DNA of 64,000 nt from contig JACZJT010000048.1 in NCBI GenBank assembly GCA_014860445.1, positions 828-64,827 on the forward strand, in the 5' to 3' direction. This document shows positions 56,572 to 63,499 of the stretch, piece after piece. The notes under the pieces were generated by a model. It was not told where the DNA came from. It did no database searches and saw only the letters and a list, made by a program, of their open reading frames with translations. How positions within the stretch are numbered: position 1 is the first letter of the stretch; the number at the start of each line of letters is the position of its first letter. The stretch comes from Burkholderiales bacterium (lineage in GTDB: Bacteria; Pseudomonadota; Gammaproteobacteria; Burkholderiales; SG8-39). The translations under genes were made by a program, and so were the position numbers.

Positions 56572-56587
56572 CCCAACACTTCCAATT

Positions 56588-56907
56588 GCCCGGGTGGCGG
56601 AATTGGTAGACGCAGAGGACTCAAGTTAAATTGAGCCCCCTTGGAGAAATCCTTGGGGTGAAGCCCGTCAAACTCGGTGAAGGCCCAGGAAGAACATTCC
56701 GAGCTAATGCCGAGCCAAGCCCAAGATCGGAAGATCGAGGGAAGGTGTAGAGAGCAGACGGCGGGCACCTAAAGTCGAAAGGCTATGGTGAAGGCGTGCT
56801 CCAGACCACGAACTTTGTATCTTCGGAAGCAAGGGCGGCGAAAGCCGAAGTGGTAAGAAAATCCTCCGCCGAAAGGTGTGCCGGTTCGAGTCCGGCCTCG
56901 GGCACCA
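56588..56907 (+). tRNA. tRNA-Leu(CAA) interrupted by a group I intron (exons 56588-56622 and 56858-56907)
   Basis: Spliced product GCCCGGGTGGCGGAATTGGTAGACGCAGAGGACTC/AAAATCCTCCGCCGAAAGGTGTGCCGGTTCGAGTCCGGCCTCGGGCACCA, 85 nt; acceptor, anticodon and T stems pair. Confidence 0.92.
56623..56857 (+). ncRNA. Group I self-splicing intron (IC3-like, 235 nt, no ORF)
   Basis: P AAACUCGGUGAA, Q AAUGCCGAGC, R GUAGAGAGCAGA, S AAGGCGUGCUCC; CCUAA..UAUGG tetraloop receptor in P8; terminal G. Confidence 0.92.
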
Positions 56908-56911
56908 ATTC

Positions 56912-56946
56912 AAAAAAGCCGTTCTCAATCGAGGACGGCTTTTTTG
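56912..56946. terminator. Bidirectional Rho-independent terminator after the tRNA pair
   Basis: AAAAAAGCCGTTCTC-AATC-GAGGACGGCTTTTTT. Confidence 0.85.
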
Positions 56947-57001
56947 TTCCATTCCCCAAACAGGGTTAATTTAGCTGCATGTGTATGGCATGCCGAACTC
57001 T

Positions 57002-57940
57002 TCATTCAGTTGGTTCCTCCTCGGAGTCCGGATCATCAAAAGAGACGCCCGGAGCGCCAATCACATCCATCAGTTTCAAACGATCACCCTTTTGATCGCC
57101 CAACTCTAGGTAATGATGTTCGAGCTCATCCCGTACAAAAGCTTTAGCCGCGTCGGACTGAAAGCAGTCCAAATATTCGTCAACACACTCAGGATCAAAT
57201 TCGAGTGGAGGAATGCCTTGAAGAAACTGTAAGTACCCCGAAGTACCCTTGGTGTTCATGAAGAAAATGAGCAATTCTTTCCACAAAACGTCCTCGGCGG
57301 GGATGTCCGCCTCACCTAAGAATATGGTCTGGGCTTTCGATCCGTGGCGCAGCTCGTAGGTATATAGGTTCAATTCACGAGCGCGCGTTTCGATAATTTG
57401 ATACAAAACAGCAGAGATTTTTTGTACGGTCGTTCGTAGAAACTTGCGATACCGGGGTTCATTGGGAGTGCCCAGAATGGAGCCTGAATCTGCAATTTCC
57501 ACTTGAAGGTACTTGGCGAAGAAGCCACAAAGCGCATCTCTTTCCTTTCGGAGATCAGAGACGGAGGACAGGGAAAAGCGATCGTACCGAAAGGTTTTAT
57601 AAAAAGTGGCGAGCAAGCTCAGCAGTTCATTATGCGGTGTACTTAGGCTGACTGTCGTGTGCTGCTTTATTCGGTGAAGGAGGTCAAGATGGCTATGCGT
57701 AATCAACGACTGTTCTAGTGCGCCCTGATCCACATCATCTTTGTGCTCTAGCAAGACGACAGCGATCTTTAGTAAGCGCTCAAGGCCCACGGATAGATAA
57801 TAGAACACCTCGAAGATCTCATCCGGGTAGTCGAGCTTTCTCAGCTCGTGAAAACGGCGCAGACCGTTGTAGATAAACGCCCCGGAAATACTGAGTTCCT
57901 CGCCGAGCCTGAAGTTCTTCCAGAATTCAGCTGGGTTCAT
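57002..57940 (-). CDS. Hypothetical protein with HEPN-like N-terminal half
   Basis: GLERLLKIA...ITHSHLDLL...FYKTFRY resembles the HEPN ExxLK...THxL...YxxxRY pattern; RBS AGGAG. Confidence 0.55.
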   Translation of the reverse strand: MNPAEFWKNFRLGEELSISGAFIYNGLRRFHELRKLDYPDEIFEVFYYLSVGLERLLKIAVVLLEHKDDVDQGALEQSLITHSHLDLLHRIKQHTTVSLSTPHNELLSLLATFYKTFRYDRFSLSSVSDLRKERDALCGFFAKYLQVEIADSGSILGTPNEPRYRKFLRTTVQKISAVLYQIIETRARELNLYTYELRHGSKAQTIFLGEADIPAEDVLWKELLIFFMNTKGTSGYLQFLQGIPPLEFDPECVDEYLDCFQSDAAKAFVRDELEHHYLELGDQKGDRLKLMDVIGAPGVSFDDPDSEEEPTE

Positions 57941-58061
57941 CGGTGCTCCTTAGTAGCTTCGGTGCGATCTCACTGCGCCCACCCTACGTAGAATTGAACG
58001 GCGGGCCAGCCACCTTACCGCTCTCAAGCGTAATTGCAAAGGTGTAAATGTGCGCGCCAAC

Positions 58062-58253
58062 TTAGAACTTCGGCCCGCTCATGCGACGCGCCGCCAGCGC
58101 GCGCTTGAGGATTTGAAGCGAGTACATCGCCGCGGCATATTCAGGACTGGAAGCATCCATGCTTCGCAGGCATTGCAGGACTTCGCCGATCATGGCGGTG
58201 AGTTGAGCCGTGCTCTTGAAGGTAAGCTCTGTTGCGTTGATAATGATTTTCAT
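58062..58253 (-). CDS. Small hypothetical protein (63 aa)
   Basis: MKIIINATEL...RRMSGPKF with GGAGAGAG RBS. Confidence 0.65.
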   Translation of the reverse strand: MKIIINATELTFKSTAQLTAMIGEVLQCLRSMDASSPEYAAAMYSLQILKRALAARRMSGPKF

Positions 58254-58688
58254 GGTCTCTCTCCGCTTTCTCTTCGGCCGCGACAATCGCGGACTTCATG
58301 CGGCTGTCGGAGCGCCGGCAGTTCCGGTGTCGCATCCGCTTCGGACCGAAACGGCAGAGAAGGAGCCCCCCCATGTTTCGCTTGGAAGGCATGAGGGCTT
58401 GCGGCGCCAAAGGACGCCGGTGCTAAAGCTGCATCACTGAAGGACGGGATTACGGCGGCAGGAAACGAAGGGAGGGACCAGGATAAGGTTCATGCAAGCG
58501 CTGCCTGCAAGAAGCCGACGACAACTGTTCGCCTTGGAAAGGGTTTAGTGAACGCTGCAAATAGGATGTAACCCGGTGCCGGTATGGGTATGGCAGAAAC
58601 TGGCAATCAGGTATGGCCTTTTGCGCCGTGGCGGATTACAGTGGACCGAAAATTCCGGGGCAGAATGGTATATGGATCGTTACTCACT

Positions 58689-59594
58689 ATGAGCCGTGAC
58701 TGGGAAACTACGTTTTCCAGCTGGGGAGCCGCGCCCGGAGCAACCGAACAGACAAAAGCTGAGAATGCGGAACGTGCCGTCCGCAAGGCCATCGACGCCA
58801 GCGCGAAACTAAACGACAAGAACATTGAGGTCTTTGCCCAGGGTTCCTACGCCAACCGCACCAATGTTCGCCAGGATAGCGACGTTGATATTTGCGTGCT
58901 CTATAAAGGCGCTTTCTTTCCTGACTACTCGATGAGCCAGGGATTGAGTAGTGACGTGCTTGGCCTCCCGGACGGTACCTACTTCTATGCGGACTTCAAA
59001 AACGATGTTGAAGCCGCCCTAGTTGCTTATTTCGGCGAAGGCACAGTGAATCGCGGGAGTAAAGCTTTCGACGTACACGCAAACACATACCGGATTGATG
59101 CCGATGTGGTGCCGTGCTTTCAGCTCAGGCGCTATATGGGTACGCTTCAAAATAATTATTGGATTACGCCTGAGGGAACCGAGATCCACCCGGATGACGG
59201 CGGCGTGATTCAGAACTGGCCCCGTCAGAACTACAAGAATGGTGTTGATAAAAATACTGCAACGGGCCAGCGTTTCAAGACGGTCGTGCGCATTCTGAAA
59301 CGGTTGCGCAATGAAATGACTGAAGCGGGACAAGCCTCTGCAAAGTCTATCCCTTCGTTCCTCATTGAATGTCTGGCCTGGAATGTACCGAAAGACGGAT
59401 TCGGCCACGATACTTTGACTGCAGATATCCGATACGCACTTGCGCACTTGTGGAATGAGACGCGCAGCGACGAAACCTGTTCCGAGTGGGGCGAGATCAA
59501 CGAACTAAAATATCTGTTTAGGGGACAGCCCTGGACCCGTGAACAGGTAAATGCATTCCTGCAAGCCGCATGGGATTACGTGGGGTTTGAATAG
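58689..59594 (+). CDS. CBASS cGAS/DncV-like nucleotidyltransferase, CdnE-like
   Basis: MSRDWETTF...AENAERAVR, QGSYANRTNVRQDSDVD, DADVVP, QNWP, SFLIECL, WGEINELKYLF; resembles Legionella CdnE as I remember it. Confidence 0.9.
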   Translation: MSRDWETTFSSWGAAPGATEQTKAENAERAVRKAIDASAKLNDKNIEVFAQGSYANRTNVRQDSDVDICVLYKGAFFPDYSMSQGLSSDVLGLPDGTYFYADFKNDVEAALVAYFGEGTVNRGSKAFDVHANTYRIDADVVPCFQLRRYMGTLQNNYWITPEGTEIHPDDGGVIQNWPRQNYKNGVDKNTATGQRFKTVVRILKRLRNEMTEAGQASAKSIPSFLIECLAWNVPKDGFGHDTLTADIRYALAHLWNETRSDETCSEWGEINELKYLFRGQPWTREQVNAFLQAAWDYVGFE

Positions 59595-59596
59595 CA

Positions 59597-60220
59597 ATGG
59601 CACCGCGATATATCAAGGCAATCATCTATCTGACCGTCGTGATATGGACGGGTGTCCTGTACGCCTATCAAGAACAAGTCCAATCGGAAACGCTGCGGCA
59701 TCTGTCGCTGGTTATTACGATTGTGCTTTACGTCGTGATGGCATTCGACCTCTGGGTCTGGAAACTGCCGTTTTTGCGTGGCTGGTTCGTAAAGAGACCC
59801 GTCATTGATGGAACATGGAAGGTTGAAATCCGCTCACTGTGGAAAGATCCCGCTACCGGTGCCGGAATACCACCTGTTGAAGGCTACATGGTTGTACGAC
59901 AGACGTTTTCCACCTTGAGCATGAGGCTGCTGACGGCTGAATCGCACTCCGAACTGGTCGGTACGGAAATCGTGTTCTCGATGGATGGGCTCTACTGTGT
60001 GAGTGGTGTATACCGGAACGAACCCCGTCTACAGGTTCGGGAAAAAAGCCCGATGCATTACGGTGCAGTGTGGCTGAGGGTTGTCGGTGAACCAACCCAG
60101 AAAATCACCGGCCACTACTGGACCGACCGCCAGACCATTGGCGAAATGGACCTCACCGACCGGCATGTCGGCAGGTTTCAGGACTTTGAATCTGCAAAAG
60201 CGCACTACGATAATGTTTGA
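59597..60220 (+). CDS. cap15: CBASS effector Cap15 (2TM + beta-barrel, S-2TMbeta)
   Basis: Two N-terminal TMs; RPVIDGTW, VRQT, TAESHS, YRNEP, HYG, GHYWTDR; 2 bp after the cyclase. Confidence 0.88.
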   Translation: MAPRYIKAIIYLTVVIWTGVLYAYQEQVQSETLRHLSLVITIVLYVVMAFDLWVWKLPFLRGWFVKRPVIDGTWKVEIRSLWKDPATGAGIPPVEGYMVVRQTFSTLSMRLLTAESHSELVGTEIVFSMDGLYCVSGVYRNEPRLQVREKSPMHYGAVWLRVVGEPTQKITGHYWTDRQTIGEMDLTDRHVGRFQDFESAKAHYDNV

Positions 60221-61205
60221 TGAGCTAAAACGAGAACTGAATCGTCTAAGTGGCACCCATCGAGTTTCTGTGCCAATCCACAGCGACGAAGAAGGCTATC
60301 TCGACAGAGAGTGCCCGGCGCAGGAATGTCAGTTTGGTTTTAAGATTCTCGAAGAGGACTGGCGAGACAAGGTTCGCGACGAGAAAGTGTTCTGTCCGTT
60401 TTGCGGACACACCGCACAATCGGACAAGTGGTATACGCCGGAGCAGGTCGAAGCTGTAAAAAAGGCGGGCGTCGCTCAGCTTCAGGGGCGCATAAATGCG
60501 GCCATGAAGCACGATGCCGAGCAGTGGAACCGTCGGCAAAGTCCGAATAGCTTCCTGCGAATGACAATGAAGGTAAACAGCCGACCGCAGCAGGTCTCCT
60601 TACCGCCTATGGCGGCAGAACCTATGCGGATGAAGATTACCTGCCCGGCATGCGCTTGCCGCTATGCCGTTATCGGCGCCGCGTTTTTCTGCCCTGCGTG
60701 CGGCCATAACGCAGCCGATCTCATGTTCACGCAGTCGATCAACGGCATACGTAACGCGCTTGATGCTCTTCCCGGCGTTCGCGCTGCGATTTCCGACCGC
60801 GATATCGCCGAAACGACCGTTCGCCTCATCATAGAAAATGGCTTGCAGAACGCAATTACCGCATTCCAGCGGTATGCGGAGGTGCTCTATGCCACGCGCT
60901 ATCCGTCGTTATCTGTGCCGCGACGGAACGTGTTTCAGAGTCTCAGCGAAGGAAGCTCCCTATGGCACCTGGCATCGGGGAAGCAATACAGTGATTACCT
61001 GACTACTGCCGAATTAAGTGCGCTCACCAAATATTTCCAGCAACGCCATCTTCTGGCCCACCGCGACGGCCTAGTAGATGCGGACTATATTACGCGCAGC
61101 GGGGATAGCGCCTACCGTGAAGGCCAGCGCCTGGTTGTCCGTGATGCGTCCGTGCGCGAATGTCTGACGTTTATTGAGAAGCTCGCAAGTAGCATGGCGT
61201 CCTGA
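60213..61205 (+). CDS. Zinc-ribbon plus HEPN-like (RxxxxH) protein
   Basis: CPAQEC, CPFCGH, CPAC, CPACGH; C-terminal FQQRHLLAHRDG; ATG overlaps the cap15 stop by 8 bp. Confidence 0.72.
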   Translation: MFDELKRELNRLSGTHRVSVPIHSDEEGYLDRECPAQECQFGFKILEEDWRDKVRDEKVFCPFCGHTAQSDKWYTPEQVEAVKKAGVAQLQGRINAAMKHDAEQWNRRQSPNSFLRMTMKVNSRPQQVSLPPMAAEPMRMKITCPACACRYAVIGAAFFCPACGHNAADLMFTQSINGIRNALDALPGVRAAISDRDIAETTVRLIIENGLQNAITAFQRYAEVLYATRYPSLSVPRRNVFQSLSEGSSLWHLASGKQYSDYLTTAELSALTKYFQQRHLLAHRDGLVDADYITRSGDSAYREGQRLVVRDASVRECLTFIEKLASSMAS

Positions 61206-61288
61206 TGTCTCAATTTGTCCCTGTCTGCAATGGCGATGATGCTGCACTGTTTTAATTCAATCGCCCAATTCGACTCGCTATAAAGCAA

Positions 61289-61320
61289 AGGGCGGAAAAC
61301 GCTTTGCGCTCCCGCCCTAC
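61289..61320 (-). repeat. GTAG-type REP-like palindrome
   Basis: GTAGGGCGGGAGCGCAAAGCGTTTTCCGCCCT on the minus strand. Confidence 0.55.
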
Positions 61321-61334
61321 TGGACCTAGATAAT

Positions 61335-62204
61335 TCAGTGAGGTTTCCTCACCCATTCTTCAAGAGTCAGGGGAAGAAACATGGGAGCCTTACGGAAAAA
61401 GCTGTAATTTGGCGCAATTGTTTCGCTCGGATTTACGACGATGATCTTGTAGGAATAGCGCCTATCCGCCGGAACGCGCTTTCCCTCGTAGAATGCCGGC
61501 ATCCGCGTACTGTCAGTGTTATACCAATCCGCGTAGTTGAAAAGTGACTTCGCTTCCAGATCCGATGGGGGCATTGAGTAACCGATGAATACCAGCGTAT
61601 CTATCTCGGCTTGATTACGAAGAACGCTGAAAGCCTTCTTCCATCTTGGCGCCATAGGCACTTTTGTTGTTCTGTACGCAAATTTGGTATATGTCGGCCA
61701 AGCCAGCGTTTTCTCGCCGATTGCACCATGCAAGTGTATGACCCGCTCGCCCACGACAAGATCAAGTCTCTGCGCCGCCGCCTCCAAAAGTAAGTCGTAG
61801 TTAAATGTCAGAATGAAGTCGTGCTTCCAATCTACCCGGCGCATGAAATCCAGAATTGTCTTGCCCTCGATATCCCAATTTATGTCGCTGACGCAAGATT
61901 TAAGGTAGGTACGCAGCGCGCTTCGAATCTCTTTCTCTTCTTCTCGAAAGACATTCCTTCCAGGTCCTAGATATTCGGCCGAGAATTTTAGAGAAGAAAG
62001 AGTGGACATGAATAACTCAAAGCTCACTTCCCGCTGAGTATGAAAGTTTTGCTCTCGCAAATGATCAATCGTTGTCCGTGGTGGCCCCCCGCCCTTTTCC
62101 ACTGTGGCCTTAAGCAGAGGATTTAAGGTATCCAACATCTCCATATCGGTTGCAATGCCGCACGTCTTGGAAAAGCCAGCGCCGAGCACATAAATCGTAC
62201 CCAT
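61335..62204 (-). CDS. SIR2-like domain protein (putative NADase defence effector)
   Basis: VLGAGFS, LTFNYDLLLE, IHLHG, VFIGYS, IIVVNP. Confidence 0.82.
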   Translation of the reverse strand: MGTIYVLGAGFSKTCGIATDMEMLDTLNPLLKATVEKGGGPPRTTIDHLREQNFHTQREVSFELFMSTLSSLKFSAEYLGPGRNVFREEEKEIRSALRTYLKSCVSDINWDIEGKTILDFMRRVDWKHDFILTFNYDLLLEAAAQRLDLVVGERVIHLHGAIGEKTLAWPTYTKFAYRTTKVPMAPRWKKAFSVLRNQAEIDTLVFIGYSMPPSDLEAKSLFNYADWYNTDSTRMPAFYEGKRVPADRRYSYKIIVVNPSETIAPNYSFFRKAPMFLPLTLEEWVRKPH

Positions 62205-62355
62205 AGCTAGTCCCTTGGGTGATCGCTGGAGTATTGCCAGAGGGCCATATCCAGGTCCCGGACCGTGAGGCGATGCTTGGCAGCCACGGCGCGGTGAGCG
62301 AAGAACGCCGCGAAACAATCTGTCCATTTATCCATCGTAACGAATCCCTATCTAT

Positions 62356-62826
62356 CTATGCCCACCTTAGCCATGCTGCCAGGCCGGCGACAATCAGGCC
62401 GCCGATCACTGCGATGACCCACTGATGGTTCATTATTTTAATTATGACGCTAGAGCCTTCGCCAGGCGGCGAAGTGATGAACTGTGATGTCACATCGTTT
62501 CCCGCATCCACGATGTCTTCGGCGTCGTAACCATGACCGGCGCTGATGAGAACCACGGATGAATTGCGGTTGAACTCTTCGATGTCCTTCCAGCTCTTGG
62601 CCTGTATATCCTTCAATTCCTCAGCGGTGCCGCGCTCAGTTTCCATGATCTGGGTCCACGCGATGTTTCCGGTCTCAATGACCTCCGCGCCGGACAATGT
62701 GCTCCGCCCGGCCCGGTAAGGCTTCAGAAACTTCGACTCCAGATCCTTTCTTGATAGGTCCGAGAAAACGCAACGGGCTTTATCCGGCGCGGACTTGAAT
62801 TTGACCAGGACATGAAAGAAGGTCAT
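62356..62826 (-). CDS. Hypothetical protein with C-terminal membrane anchor
   Basis: RBS GGGAGGAG; soluble domain followed by WVIAVIGGLIVAGLAAWL. Confidence 0.75.
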   Translation of the reverse strand: MTFFHVLVKFKSAPDKARCVFSDLSRKDLESKFLKPYRAGRSTLSGAEVIETGNIAWTQIMETERGTAEELKDIQAKSWKDIEEFNRNSSVVLISAGHGYDAEDIVDAGNDVTSQFITSPPGEGSSVIIKIMNHQWVIAVIGGLIVAGLAAWLRWA

Positions 62827-62871
62827 GCGCTCCTCCCGTTGCTTCCAAATATTGGCCTGCGGCGGGCCAGT

Positions 62872-63318
62872 CTATTTTTTCACCGAATATCCGGCGTGCT
62901 CAAGAACTTTGACGCACAGCGCGACGAATGCTTCATGCGACAAGTCGTTTTTCGCGTCGTTCGTTCGCCAACCGCATATGCGGAAGCTCGCTTCGGTTGC
63001 GCCCGCGCTTACATGATCCACCGTGGGAAGCAGTGCGAACGTAGATTTGTAGGCGTGCTTGCCCACCTTGGAATCCTCATTCTTGTAGGTACTGATCAAT
63101 TTCCAATCAAGCTCTTCGCCGGTATACGCATCACGACCGCCGGAGACAACGACGGCGGCGTGTATCGCCTCTTTGTATAGCGCCTGTGTGACCTGCGATT
63201 GCCCGCGTTTCCGGTCTCGCTTCACATGCGCCGCGGCTTTGCGCCCGAGCCAGCGCTCATACGCCTCGGGCAGAACCAAAGTGTTCAAGAACGCCGGCAT
63301 CGTGTGCTTGCGAGGCAT
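62872..63318 (-). CDS. HNH-like endonuclease fold protein
   Basis: GRDAYTG...PTVDHV...ICGWRTNDAK pattern. Confidence 0.6.
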   Translation of the reverse strand: MPRKHTMPAFLNTLVLPEAYERWLGRKAAAHVKRDRKRGQSQVTQALYKEAIHAAVVVSGGRDAYTGEELDWKLISTYKNEDSKVGKHAYKSTFALLPTVDHVSAGATEASFRICGWRTNDAKNDLSHEAFVALCVKVLEHAGYSVKK

Positions 63319-63344
63319 AGCAAGTCCTTTTAACTGTCTATGGC

Positions 63345-63379
63345 GAAAGGCGGAAGGCGCTTTGCGCCTTCCGCCTTTC
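63345..63379. repeat. Perfect 16-bp hairpin related to the repeat at 61289
   Basis: GAAAGGCGGAAGGCGC-TTT-GCGCCTTCCGCCTTTC. Confidence 0.7.
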
Positions 63380-63499
63380 AGTTACGCTCGTAACGATCAG
63401 AACAACATGACACCACGCGCGCCTTTTTGCAAGGGACCGGCGGCCTTGACCCTTTGTGCGCGCCGTGCCGACGCCAGGTGGCGCCGGTAACGCGGCCCT

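Noticed and set aside
56615-56865. Alternative splice after U33 that would restore a canonical U at the 5' splice site
   Set aside because: It gives a 6-nt anticodon loop or needs a 3' splice site not preceded by G.
54470-56907. Host 5' tRNA half joined to a downstream 3' exon across one giant intron containing the integrase
   Set aside because: The host acceptor (GCCGGGA) and anticodon stem (CGGGA) do not pair with either downstream 3' exon. Each 3' exon pairs with its own adjacent 5' exon, and no P1 follows 54508.
55881-56952. ORFs overlapping the introns as possible homing endonucleases
   Set aside because: They have no LAGLIDADG, GIY-YIG or HNH motifs and are chance frames over structured RNA.
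63325-63392. Integron attC site (TAAC...GTTA around a hairpin)
   Set aside because: The spacing is asymmetric, there are no extrahelical L-box bases, the other gene junctions lack equivalents, and the integrase does not resemble IntI.
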